64,000 bases of DNA, taken from positions 3,488,001-3,552,000 of the forward strand of contig OZ250165.1 in assembly GCA_965238005.1 (NCBI GenBank), in the 5' to 3' direction. A model generated the notes under the pieces. That model was not told the origin of the DNA. It was given only the letters and a program-made list of their open reading frames with translations, and searched no databases. The stretch is from Longimicrobiales bacterium (lineage in GTDB: Bacteria; Gemmatimonadota; Gemmatimonadetes; Longimicrobiales; Gaopeijiaceae). The position numbers and the translations under genes were made by a program. Below are positions 51,915 to 61,864 of the stretch, piece by piece; position 1 is the first letter of the stretch, and each line of letters begins with the position of its first letter.

Positions 51915-52130
51915 TTGGAGATCGAGATCCTACCGGGTATCGCCAGGAAGGAGATCCCTGGCTACCGGGGAGCGGGAGCACACCTCGTGCGCCGCACGCT
52001 CGACCAGGAGGTCGAGTTCATCACCCTCCTCTGGTTCGACTCGCTCGACTCGGTACCGTCCTTCATGGGGGAGGACTACGAGGTTGCCCGCGTTCCGGAC
52101 GCGGCCAGGGCGGTCCTGGCCCGTTTCCGG
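51915..52130 (+). pseudogene. Antibiotic-biosynthesis-monooxygenase-like fragment
   Basis: EILPGI..IPGYRGA..EVEFITLLWFDSLD..F.GEDYE; both ends missing; 6-bp duplication GGGAGC x2 (51968-51979). Confidence 0.7.
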
Positions 52131-52180
52131 TTCCGTTGTCGAAGTTCGCGAGCCACCAAGAGGGTCGGGGCACCGTGGGA

Positions 52181-53023
52181 TCAAGGTCTCGGTGCCGTAT
52201 AGTCGAACTCCACCTCGGATGACTCCCCGGCGCCCAGCGTCAGGCTCTGCTCCCGGCTCCCCAGGAAGGGGTGCCAGATCTTGAGGGTGAATTCCCCCGG
52301 GGGAATGTCGTCGATCTCGAAGGTGCCGTCTTCCCCGGTGACAACGGCGTAGGGGCTGTCCGCCGCGAAGATCCACCCCTGCATGAAGTCGTGGGCATCA
52401 CACTCGAGCCTGATCTGATTCCCTCTCCGAGGCCGAACCGCCTGGGTGATAACCTCCTTTTCCGGGGGCTGGCCCAGGTTGAACAGTGTCCGGCCGCGAT
52501 CTCCGATCCGCTCCCAGGCGTGGATGTTGTGAAGCACTGGGTCGCTGTTCACGATGTCGATGTCGGCCCAACGGGGCATGACCAGCATGTTCGGCTGGAA
52601 AATACAGTCTCTTTGGTCCACCATGTGGCGCCGGTCGCTGTCGGGCCACGCCTTCCCCTCCGTGACTCCCTCGATGAAAACGACGGCGCCCTGAAGCTCT
52701 CCGGCCTCGCCGACGACCACGTCGTGGCGCTCGCGGTAGCCGAAGCCGCACACCTCTTCGTCCTTCGTGACCAGGAGCCTCCTGGCCGGCGGCACCTCCC
52801 CGTTGAATACGGCCCGACCGGAGAGGGTGGCCCCGTCGGTCACCGACACGACCTCGTAGTCGCTCTGGGCCGCCACAGCCCCGGGATCGTGGGCGACGGC
52901 CAACAGTGAGAGGGACAACCCACATGCGACCCCCCGGCTGCCGGCCAGGCTCACGAGATGTTTGATGACGCGCTTCGCAACCGCGCCGTCGTGGTGAATG
53001 GGCAATCTATCCATCGGCACCAT
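52181..53023 (-). CDS. Secreted carboxypeptidase-regulatory-like / cupredoxin-like protein
   Basis: DQRDCIFQP, NSDPVLHNIH, CDAHDFM (C-x2-H-x2-M), PPGEFTLKIWH. Confidence 0.78.
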   Translation of the reverse strand: MVPMDRLPIHHDGAVAKRVIKHLVSLAGSRGVACGLSLSLLAVAHDPGAVAAQSDYEVVSVTDGATLSGRAVFNGEVPPARRLLVTKDEEVCGFGYRERHDVVVGEAGELQGAVVFIEGVTEGKAWPDSDRRHMVDQRDCIFQPNMLVMPRWADIDIVNSDPVLHNIHAWERIGDRGRTLFNLGQPPEKEVITQAVRPRRGNQIRLECDAHDFMQGWIFAADSPYAVVTGEDGTFEIDDIPPGEFTLKIWHPFLGSREQSLTLGAGESSEVEFDYTAPRP

Positions 53024-53237
53024 GGACTCTCTTCGTTCGGTCGGGTGATGCCGTCAGGGACCGAGGATCGCCGCACGCCAAATGGGTTCGGCACGACATG
53101 CTCCCCCGGCGCCACTCCGGTGTACACCAAGATATCGCTGATCTTGGACGGAAAGTTCCAAAACGATTGAGGTTCGTCGCGAGCGAGTCGGAAGGCGCCG
53201 TCCTCATGATTTCGCCCGTTTTCTCTGGAGAAGTGAA

Positions 53238-54689
53238 GTGAAGGCCAATACTGGTTTTCTGCTCTGCATATCAGGCCTGGGAGCCGCCCTGGTGGTCGCC
53301 GCAGCCGAACGGGCGCCGGTCGAGCCCGGGGTCGAATGGACTCCCCCGGAGGCCACGGTCCAGTACGACGGAGTCCGGAGGGTCTTCGAGGCCAAGTGCG
53401 TGAGCTGCCATACGGGATCGGACGCCGCCCGGGGCCTTCGTCTGGACTCGTGGGAGAGCACCATCGCCGGTTCGGACGAAGGTGAGGCCGTCATCGCGTA
53501 CGACGCCGCTCGCTCGCTACTCATCGAGCTGACGACCAAGCTGGTGGGTGGCCCCCACCCGGTCGAGCTCGACGCCGAAGGACTCACAGAGGACGAGGTG
53601 TCGCTCCTGAGCGCATGGATCGACGAGGGAGCCCCGTCGGAATCCGGAGAGATCCCGTATGCCGACGCGAACCAGCTCCTCTATGCCGCCAACCAGAGCG
53701 AGGCCACGGTCTCGGTCATCGATATGGAGACCAACCAGGTCATCCGGATCGTCGACCTACAGACGCTGGGCCTTCCGGAGAACGCCTGGCCTCATCACAT
53801 CGCCGTGGAGCCCGACGGATCGTACTGGTATCTGTCCGTTATCGCGGCGAACCAGATCCTCAAGTTCGATCGCCAAAACCAGCTCGTGGCAAGAATCGAC
53901 TTCGTCAGGCCGGGTCTGCTGGCGCTGGATCCCGAGGGTGAGAATCTCTACGCCGCCCGCTCCATGGCTGCCGTTTCCCCGCCCCAGGAGATCGGAGTGA
54001 TCCGCCGCTCGGACATGAGCTTCGAGGAGGTTGGCATCTTCATCCCGAGACCTCACGCCCTGGCCGTCCAGCCCGGTACCGGAACCGTCTATACCGCCAG
54101 CTTGGCCGCCAATCAGATCGCGTCCTTCTATCCGGAAGACGAGGCGCTGGAGCTCACTGACCTCGGGGGCGACCGGCCCCACACCCTCATCGGGTTCGCG
54201 ACGTCGCCAGACGGTCGGTGGATGGTGGGCACGACCGAGTTGACGGCAACGGTCTTCGTGTTCGATCTCGAGCGGGCACCCGACATGACTCCGGTGGACA
54301 CCATCGCCGTGAATGCCGCTCCCTGGCACCCGGTGTTCACGCCCGACGGCCGCTGGGTCTACGTGGGGAACAACTGGGACAACACGGCTAACGTCATCGA
54401 CATGGAGACACGGACTCTCGCGAAGGTCATCGAGGGTAACGGTCTGGCCCAGCCCCATGGGGCCGCGGTCTCGCCGGACGGACGCTTCGCGTACATCGCC
54501 AGCCGGAACCTCGAAATGCCCGAGGGCCACAGCAAGTACGGCCACATGTACACGCCACGCTACGACACGGGCGACAACGCGCGGGCGGGCACCGTGGTCG
54601 TGATCGACACCGAGACACGGGAGATCGTGAAGGTCATCGAGATCGAAGGGTACGGTGCCGGGCTGGGGACCGCGGCCCGGATGCCCTGA
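53238..54689 (+). CDS. Secreted cytochrome c domain + YVTN/YncE-like beta-propeller protein
   Basis: Signal peptide; CVSCH..WIDEGA cytochrome domain; YAAN..VSVID and P-x-G/H propeller repeats. Confidence 0.85.
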   Translation: MKANTGFLLCISGLGAALVVAAAERAPVEPGVEWTPPEATVQYDGVRRVFEAKCVSCHTGSDAARGLRLDSWESTIAGSDEGEAVIAYDAARSLLIELTTKLVGGPHPVELDAEGLTEDEVSLLSAWIDEGAPSESGEIPYADANQLLYAANQSEATVSVIDMETNQVIRIVDLQTLGLPENAWPHHIAVEPDGSYWYLSVIAANQILKFDRQNQLVARIDFVRPGLLALDPEGENLYAARSMAAVSPPQEIGVIRRSDMSFEEVGIFIPRPHALAVQPGTGTVYTASLAANQIASFYPEDEALELTDLGGDRPHTLIGFATSPDGRWMVGTTELTATVFVFDLERAPDMTPVDTIAVNAAPWHPVFTPDGRWVYVGNNWDNTANVIDMETRTLAKVIEGNGLAQPHGAAVSPDGRFAYIASRNLEMPEGHSKYGHMYTPRYDTGDNARAGTVVVIDTETREIVKVIEIEGYGAGLGTAARMP

Positions 54690-54744
54690 GCCGGGCGGCG
54701 CCGATCGCAGCCCCACCCCAGCGTGGCCGAGCCAGAAGGCTAGC

Positions 54745-56637
54745 CTACCGCATCACCCCCAATACCAAGTGGGACGGATTCGCAGCAGACCGGTAGACGG
54801 TCTGGGTGGCCATCTGATAGTCCTCTGGCTGGGCATGATAGATGTCCACAAAGGTCTGTGGGTTCCGGTCATATGCCGGGAACCACGAGCTCTGCACGTG
54901 CACCATGATGCGGTGCCCGGCCAGAAACGTGTGGTACTTGTCCTTCAGATCGATGTCGATCCGGGTAACCTCTCCGGGTACCATGGGCTCCGGATGCTCC
55001 ATGCTGTTCCGGAACTTCCCTCGCATGATCTCTCCGGCCACGTGCATCTGGAAGCCGCCCATAGGGACGTCACAGGACTCGCTCGTGGGTGCGTCCCCCG
55101 GATAGACGTCGACGAGCTTTACGATCCAGTCCGAGTCGGTGCCGGTGGTGGAGACGTAGATGTTGGCCAGGATGGGCCCGGCGATGGTCAGATCTTCGGT
55201 CAGGGGCTCCGAGACGTAGGTCAGGACGTCCGGCCGGCTCGACGCGAAGCGCTGATCCTCGACCTTCCACAGATGCCCAAGCGTAGTCCTAATCTCCGCC
55301 GAGAAGGGAACCGGGTGATTCGGATCGCTCACGTAGCTGTCGGACGCGGCGGCGCCTGTCTCGGTCGGCTCGTCGAAGGAAAGGGTGCCGTCCACACGCA
55401 GGTAGAGGTTCGTCTGGCTGATGCCCGGCGGGGGCCAACGGTCGAGGATCCTCCACTCGTTGCGTCCGGTCTCGAAGACGACAGCCTCGGGGGCGCTCCA
55501 GGTCCCCTCGCCCTTCAGGTGATAACTGAAGAACGGGTGCTGCACCTCGCTCTGGAAGTCCAGGGACGTGGGCGTGTCGAACTCGATGCACCCCAGGTAA
55601 TCGCCGTCCATGCTCCTCCATCCACCGTGGAGCCAGGGCCCCACGGCAAGGGTGTTCTGGCTGGCGGGGCTCATCTCCTCGATGGTCCGGTAGATCGACA
55701 TGGGGCCGTAGTAGTCCTCGGTGTCGAACCACCCCGCGACGTTCAGGACCGCGTGATCGATGCCGTCCAGGTGGAGCAAGGCATTCTGCCGCTGCCAGTA
55801 CTCGTCGTACGTCCCGTGCTCCATGAAGTCGTTCCAAGCGATCACGTCGCCGTGGAAGTACCTGTCATCGATGTTGGCCGCCGACCCCGCTTTCAGGAAG
55901 AACTCGTATCCCCAGGGGGTGCCGTAGTCGAAGCGTCCCGATCTCGACTCGGAGGGGCCCGTCCGTACCCGAGCGTTGGAGGAGAGCCAGCTGAAGGCGT
56001 ACATGATCCGGAAGGCTCCGTTGTGGTGCCAATCATCTCCTATGAACATGTCCGAAGGCGAGGCCTGTGGGGACGAGGCGACCAGTGCCGGGTGCCGGTC
56101 CACCATCCCCATGACGGTCTGCCACCCCGGGTAGGAGATGCCCCACTGCCCCACCTTGCCGTTGTCGTTGGGGAGATGATCGAGGGCCCACTCGATGGTG
56201 TCGTAGTTGTCCGTGCTCTCGTCCGCATCGCCGGACCCCGGCCGATCCCGGGCCAGCGGCTTGATCACCTCGAACTCCCCCTCTGAGCGGAACTTCCCGC
56301 GGACGTCCTGAAAGACGTAGATGTATCCCTCCCGGTCGAACTCGGCCGTGGGCCCGAGGGGCGATCGGAAGCGGTCCGGCTCGTACGGCCCGATGGAGTA
56401 CGGCGTCCGGAAGAGCATGACCGGGTATTCCTTGGTCTCGTCCTTGGGGGCGTACACGATGGTGTAGAGCCGAACGCCGTCCCGCATGGACACCATGTGC
56501 TCCGTCTTGGCGTAGCTCTCGCGGAGGTAGTCCTCGTGGCTCTGCTGGGGGGTCCGAGTGCTGTCGTCGGCGCTCCAGAGAACCGAGGCGGGAAGCAGCA
56601 GCACCGAGGCCGACAGGAGCGCGTGCGTGGTCTTCAT
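54745..56637 (-). CDS. CocE/NonD family hydrolase (alpha-amino acid ester hydrolase-like)
   Basis: MRDGVRL, RTPY, QDVRG, GISYPG, GWFDTED, GPWLHG, SSWFP. Confidence 0.92.
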   Translation of the reverse strand: MKTTHALLSASVLLLPASVLWSADDSTRTPQQSHEDYLRESYAKTEHMVSMRDGVRLYTIVYAPKDETKEYPVMLFRTPYSIGPYEPDRFRSPLGPTAEFDREGYIYVFQDVRGKFRSEGEFEVIKPLARDRPGSGDADESTDNYDTIEWALDHLPNDNGKVGQWGISYPGWQTVMGMVDRHPALVASSPQASPSDMFIGDDWHHNGAFRIMYAFSWLSSNARVRTGPSESRSGRFDYGTPWGYEFFLKAGSAANIDDRYFHGDVIAWNDFMEHGTYDEYWQRQNALLHLDGIDHAVLNVAGWFDTEDYYGPMSIYRTIEEMSPASQNTLAVGPWLHGGWRSMDGDYLGCIEFDTPTSLDFQSEVQHPFFSYHLKGEGTWSAPEAVVFETGRNEWRILDRWPPPGISQTNLYLRVDGTLSFDEPTETGAAASDSYVSDPNHPVPFSAEIRTTLGHLWKVEDQRFASSRPDVLTYVSEPLTEDLTIAGPILANIYVSTTGTDSDWIVKLVDVYPGDAPTSESCDVPMGGFQMHVAGEIMRGKFRNSMEHPEPMVPGEVTRIDIDLKDKYHTFLAGHRIMVHVQSSWFPAYDRNPQTFVDIYHAQPEDYQMATQTVYRSAANPSHLVLGVMR

Positions 56638-56777
56638 GATGGGCCTGCTTCCGCTTGGCTTGGTTTAAATATGATAGTGGGCAGCCACGAAGAGGGGAGC
56701 TTTCTAGAAATCTAAGCGACTGCTGCGCCGCCCAATCTGGTGATCGCAAGCGAAGCGCGCGACCTCGATGCTCATCC

Positions 56778-56932
56778 TGCTTCCAGCAATCGTTCGATGG
56801 GAAGCTTGCCGAGATGCTCTTCGGAGACGCGTACGTATCTTGATATCGTGAGTATACGTACGATAGCTAGGCCTGCCGAGCCATGTTCCCGCCACCGGAC
56901 CTTACGCACCGTCCGGGATGCATGCCACGTCG
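56778..56932 (+). repeat. ~155-bp dispersed repeat, copy B (solo)
   Basis: Inverted homologue of 19948-20103, including the CCGGAC-N10-GTCCGG stem. Confidence 0.9.
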
Positions 56933-57233
56933 TGGGCCGGTGGCGGCTACGGAATATGGGCCGTCTTCATCGCCATGGCGCTGAATCGGCGCGAGGCACG
57001 CATCCGGAAGGAACTCGGCCTCTAAGCGTCACCCCGAGGACCCGGTCCGAGCCATTCGCGGGCCGCTTCTTCGTCCGCAAATAGGTTCACCTCGCCTCCT
57101 CTCGAGGTCTCGCCGGGTACCGCTGGCTTTGGTCGTGACGACCCCTCGATCGGGGTCGATGGAGTAGGAGAGAGGCATGGCGGGGTTTCGAGACAGAGGC
57201 GAAGAGGCCGGATCCAGGGTCGCACTCCGGCAC

Positions 57234-59693
57234 TCAGGTTATGGGCTGCTTTTTTTTCAAGATAAAGAGTCCCTCGTCATTACTCGTGAGTATGACGATT
57301 CCACTCTCGAAGAACGGATAGTTGCTCCACGAGCCGAATCCCATTCCCGCTGAGTTGTCCCCATAGGGAACGGTATCGAAGTATCCGACTTCGACCGGGT
57401 TCTCGCGATCGCTGATGTCGAGCACGCGCAGTCCGCTGCGGTAGTTGGACTGGTACATTAGGTCACCGCGGATATAGAGGTTGTGGTCGCTACCCGCTTG
57501 AGTACCGAAGTGCTCCTTGACCAGCTGTGGATCGTCCAGGTCGGTGAGATCCCAGATCAACGTGCGGGTCCTGGGGAGACCGGCGATTTCGTCCAGTTTG
57601 TCGTTCGTGTAGAAATACCGATGGTCCTCCGTGAGCCACCCCTGGTGGGTGAACCCGAGGTTGGGGTAGCTGACCCGTGAGATCGCTACCGCGTTGGCCG
57701 GGTCGGTCACGTCCGCGATGCTGAGGGCGGTCTGATTGGAGCCCAGGCAGATCTCCTTGCCACGGTAGTCCTGATCGGGTCCTCGGTAGGTAACGCATTG
57801 CGCGTCGTGGGTCGTCCCGGTGTTGGCCCGTCCGGTGAGCGGATCGGCGAAGCACCTGGCAAAGGTCGGTTTTGTGGGCTCCCTGATGTCGATGATATGG
57901 AGGCCGCCTCCGCAGGTTTCGCCGCCGGCCTTGTTCCCAACACTGTACGCGAAGCCCGACTCCTCGTTGATCACGATGTTGTGGGCACTGGCAATCCCGT
58001 CGTAGTGGGCGGTCTCCTGGAACGTGATCGGCTCGGTGACGTCGCGAAGCTGCGTCAGATCGAACACCTGGACGCCGTGCTCCCCGGCGCCGTCCGCGAC
58101 GATGAAGGCGTGGTCCGCGTAGACCTTGATGTCCCGGTGGACGCTCGGTGGGGATCCTTCGGTCCGGAGGAGTTGGCCTACATACCGGGGGTTGGCCGGA
58201 TCGCTGACGTCGACGAACGACGTTCCATCACGTCGGCCGGCGAGGGCGTACTCGCGTCCGGTCACGGGATCGGTCCACCCCCAGATGTCGTTCATCCTCA
58301 CGCCGCGAGGGCCACCAAGATCCTGGACGGGCATATAGGCGACCAGATCGTATTCGCTGCAATCCCAAGCCGCGACCGTACCGCCCGAGCAGTCGATCTG
58401 GCCACCACGGACAGCGTCGAATTGTTCGACGTTGCCGATGATGGTTTGAGCCTTCCGCCAGGCCCCTTCGTCGCGCTCGTATATGATCGCTCGCCCCATT
58501 CCGTAGTCGGCTCCCGTCATACCGACAACCGCGATTGGACCCTTCACGTGCACGCTCGAGCCGAAGGCGTCCCCGCCGAGCAGCTCGGGACTGACCCTCC
58601 TGGATTGACGCTCGTCGCCGGGTGTGGCGGAATAGACGTAGGCAGCCCCTCTCCGATCGTCGGCTCGAGGAGCTCCCGCCCAGATCTGACCGTCGTTGGC
58701 CGCCAGGGACGTGCCAAACCCATCGGAGGCTTCGCCCTGGATTGGGGAAAGCTCTTCGACCTGGCTCCAGGCACCGACCTCCTCATCCAAGGCGAACACG
58801 AACACGGAGCCCCTCGCACCGTCACGTCCGGGAGCCCCCACCAGCGCTCGGCCACCGTCGAGGCTGACGGAGGCTCCGAACGCATCATTCGGGTCGAGCC
58901 CGACCACCGTCAGCATACCCGCGTGCTCCCATCGACCTGCCGCACGCCGGAATTCGTGGACCACTCCGGATCGACCCTCTCGAGGAGCCCCGACCAGGAC
59001 ACGGTCTCCGTCGATGGCCACACTCGCCCCGAAGCCACTCGGACCTCCCCCGAAAACGAGGCGTTCCCCGGCCGACCAGCTGTCACCGTCGAGCTGGAAG
59101 ACGAAGACGGCCTCTTCACCGTCCTCCCCGGATCTCCCCCTGCTTGCCACAGCGCGCGGCGCACCGACCGCGGCGAAACCGTCTCGGATCGCCAGGCTGG
59201 CTCCGAAGCTCGGGAGAGGTGCCGCACTCCAGGCTGAGAGTCGGCCGGCCTCTCGCCAAGCTCCCCGCTCCGTCTGCCGGAAGACGTACACGATCCCGAC
59301 ACCCTCAGGCACGGCGCCCACCAGCATACTGGACTGATCCACGGCCAAAGTGGAGCCGAAGCCGTCCCCGGGGGAGCCGTCGGACGCTTCGAATCTGGCC
59401 GTCTCGGACCACTCGCCCAGGACCTTGTGGTAGACATACACGGCGCCCGGCCTCATGATGTTGCCCGCCTCGCCGACGAACACCGCCTGGGAGTCCACCG
59501 CCCGGGAACCGACCGCCCGGGAACCGACCGCCCGGGAACCGACGGCCTCGGAGCCCACCGCCACAGAGGTGCCGTAGCCGGCCAAGGGGCCACCCGTGGC
59601 CATGTCCTGACTGAGCGCCTGGGCACTCCGTGGGACCGATCCGAGGGGCGCCAGCACGAGCGTCAGCGAGAGAAGGAGACTGGAAGGATTCAT
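57234..59693 (-). CDS. Second choice-of-anchor B family protein with FG-GAP-like repeats
   Basis: Paralogue of 10791-13157: NDIWGWTDP, RDIKV, SAHNI, THQGW, DHNLY, WSNYPFF. Confidence 0.86.
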   Translation of the reverse strand: MNPSSLLLSLTLVLAPLGSVPRSAQALSQDMATGGPLAGYGTSVAVGSEAVGSRAVGSRAVGSRAVDSQAVFVGEAGNIMRPGAVYVYHKVLGEWSETARFEASDGSPGDGFGSTLAVDQSSMLVGAVPEGVGIVYVFRQTERGAWREAGRLSAWSAAPLPSFGASLAIRDGFAAVGAPRAVASRGRSGEDGEEAVFVFQLDGDSWSAGERLVFGGGPSGFGASVAIDGDRVLVGAPREGRSGVVHEFRRAAGRWEHAGMLTVVGLDPNDAFGASVSLDGGRALVGAPGRDGARGSVFVFALDEEVGAWSQVEELSPIQGEASDGFGTSLAANDGQIWAGAPRADDRRGAAYVYSATPGDERQSRRVSPELLGGDAFGSSVHVKGPIAVVGMTGADYGMGRAIIYERDEGAWRKAQTIIGNVEQFDAVRGGQIDCSGGTVAAWDCSEYDLVAYMPVQDLGGPRGVRMNDIWGWTDPVTGREYALAGRRDGTSFVDVSDPANPRYVGQLLRTEGSPPSVHRDIKVYADHAFIVADGAGEHGVQVFDLTQLRDVTEPITFQETAHYDGIASAHNIVINEESGFAYSVGNKAGGETCGGGLHIIDIREPTKPTFARCFADPLTGRANTGTTHDAQCVTYRGPDQDYRGKEICLGSNQTALSIADVTDPANAVAISRVSYPNLGFTHQGWLTEDHRYFYTNDKLDEIAGLPRTRTLIWDLTDLDDPQLVKEHFGTQAGSDHNLYIRGDLMYQSNYRSGLRVLDISDRENPVEVGYFDTVPYGDNSAGMGFGSWSNYPFFESGIVILTSNDEGLFILKKKQPIT
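59482..59556. repeat. 15-bp in-frame tandem repeat (AVGSR)n
   Basis: ACCGCCCGGGAACCG, three perfect copies (59497-59541), flanked by two degenerate units. Confidence 0.9.
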
Positions 59694-60134
59694 GAAGTGC
59701 TCAACGGGCGACGGAATCGATGGAGACTCCGATATCATAGAGGCACCCGGGACGCCACGCACGCGGGCCGACATCGGAGCAGTCGAAATACCGGCTCAGC
59801 CCGTCTCTCCATTACAACCCTGAGCGCGGCCTCGTGGGTTCTTCCATTATCTGCATGTACGTTCATGACTGGAGCATCGTGACTATACCGGGATGCGTGG
59901 ATGGGCGGCAGGAGTCAGGAGAACTCGTGATCGCGGGCGAGAGCCATCTTTGCGCTGGGGCGGGCCGTTCACCGATCCCGTTCCCGTATGCTCCATCCTC
60001 TCCCTTCTCGATCTTCCCACCCGACCCCCTCGCCTGTCTCCCGCTCGGGTGCCGGCCCAGGGCATCTTCTCTTGTTTCGCCTATCCTTGTGAGTGGTCTT
60101 CATGATGGGCCTGCCTCTACTTGGCTGATGCCAC

Positions 60135-61030
60135 CTAGCTGATGTCACGAGTCTTGGTTGCGTCCAGCTCGGCTTCTTTCTTCGGGGCGGCGTCCAGCTC
60201 CGCTTCGGCCTCCGCCACGGCCATGCGCACCTTCAGGAGGGTGTCCGGCGTGACGGACATCGAGGTGATGCCGCTACGGACGAGGAAGGCCGGGACCTCA
60301 TCGGGGTGATCGGAGGGCGCCTGCCCGCAAATCCCTATGGACAGCCCCTTGGACGTGAACTCCTCGATGGCACGCTGGATCATGCGCTTCACCGCCGGCG
60401 AGCGCGCGTCCACCGGGTAGGCGTAGTCCTCAAGGTCGTCTCTCGACACGGCGTACACGGTCTGGACCAGGTCGTTGGACCCGATGGATCCGCCGGTGAG
60501 CTAAGTCCCCTGACGTTCAGGTACGAATCGTACTGGCCCGCGAACGAGGCCAGCTCCGAATCCTCGCGAGTGGCCGAGGAGCGCACGGCTGCGTCGACGT
60601 CACTACCGTATTCGAGGCACAGGGCCTCGTACCCTTCGGCGAGAGCGTCCTGAATGGCGCCCGGCACGGGCGTGGCCTTCACCAGGTCCCGCGCCAACTC
60701 GGCCCGGGCATGCATCTCCACGTCGTCGTCGAGGCGGGCATCTCGAAATAGCACCTCCAGTGCGGTCCGGAGCGCGGCCGACTGGAGCGCCTTCGAGGCC
60801 TCGCGGCCCAATGACTCGTGGCCGGTGACCTCGTCCCAGGACTCCGGGGAGACCGAAGCGCCGAGGAAGGACGCGTACGCATGGGCCGTGGTGGCGAATC
60901 CGTTGGGAACCCGGACCCCCTTGCCGTCCAGGTTTTGGTACATCTCCCCTAGAGAAGCCGCCTTGCCGCCGACGATCGGGCCGTCCTCGGCGGTGATCTC
61001 GCTGAACCAGCGCACCAGCACATCGGTGCC
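60135..61030 (-). pseudogene. ppsA: Phosphoenolpyruvate synthase collapsed by an internal deletion
   Basis: VGGKAASLGEM, VRSSATRED..SFAGQYDSYLNV joined out of frame near 60500 to SIGSNDL..GICGQAPSD; the phospho-His domain is absent. Confidence 0.88.
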
Positions 61031-61464
61031 CCCCTCAGGCGGCGGATGCGGAGGCGGATCGTCCTCAGGAAGCCCGTCCTCTTCGGGGGGGGGCAGCGCC
61101 GGTGCCCGCTTCCGTGGTCTCCGCGATCGGGGTGGCGACACCGGCCGCGGCCAACTCTTCGGGCGGAATCGTGGATTCCGCCTCATGCGACTCTTGCTCG
61201 GACTCACTGCCGAACAAGTCGTAGTGGGAAGCTTCAGGGTCCAGAGGTCGGCGGCTCACAGCTGTATGGAGGCTCGGCTCTCGGGGTGTGGCAAGGTGAG
61301 TGCGCGGGGCAAGTTGACGGCTGGGGGGGTGCCATCGCAACTCCCGGGTCAAGCCCAACCTCACCAGGCCCCACCAGTACGCTATGGAGGCCGCCCCCCC
61401 AGCTCGTGGGGAGCGGCCTCGCAGTGCCGCACCGAGGCCGCCGCCGCGGCGGACCTTCGGCAGA

Positions 61465-61797
61465 CTAGCTGAACAGCGCCTCCAGCTGGTTCAGGCAGCT
61501 CCCCTCGAGCTGGCTCTCCCAGTACCGTCGGTATCGCTCGACCCAGGCCGCCGCTTCCTGCATGGGAGCCGCATCCAGCTCACAGCGGCTGATCCGTCCG
61601 TGGGGCGTCCGGCTCACAAGGCCTGCCCTCTCCAGGACTCGCAGGTGCTTCGAGATGGCCGGTCGCGACACGTCGAAGGGCCGCGCCAGCTCTCCCACCG
61701 TCGCCTCGCCCTGGGCGAGGCGTGCGAGGATAGCCCGCCGTGTGGGATCCGACAGGGCACCGAACGTGAGGTCGAGCTTCCTATCATTGGTAATCAT
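61465..61797 (-). CDS. ArsR/SmtB-family transcriptional regulator
   Basis: FGALSDPTRRAIL, SRPAISKHLRVLERAGLV. Confidence 0.9.
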   Translation of the reverse strand: MITNDRKLDLTFGALSDPTRRAILARLAQGEATVGELARPFDVSRPAISKHLRVLERAGLVSRTPHGRISRCELDAAPMQEAAAWVERYRRYWESQLEGSCLNQLEALFS

Positions 61798-61834
61798 ATG
61801 GTTACCAATAGGCCCCTAGCACGACCTGGGTCAA
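61786..61834 (-). promoter_or_regulatory. Autoregulatory palindrome over the arsR start codon, with a possible leaderless promoter
   Basis: ATTGGTAA-TCATATGG-TTACCAAT (61786-61809, one mismatch); TTGACC at 61834-61829; no RBS. Confidence 0.65.
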
Positions 61835-61864
61835 GAGCGCGGTCGAGTCAGTATGCTCTCGGGG

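Noticed and set aside
51903..51940. The glycosylasparaginase TGA is in frame with the downstream ABM fragment (possible third Sec site)
   Set aside because: No SECIS hairpin in the register seen at the two real sites, and no redox motif; better explained by a deletion.
53238..54689. Calling the cytochrome c/propeller gene nirS
   Set aside because: No recognisable NirS sequence motifs and no heme d1 biosynthesis genes in the window.
57022..57100. VNLFADEEAAREWL, resembling a SpoIIAA-like C-terminus
   Set aside because: Too short to assign; probably another remnant.
59482..59556. Repeat array as CRISPR
   Set aside because: Head-to-tail 15-mers without spacers inside a CDS; no cas genes.
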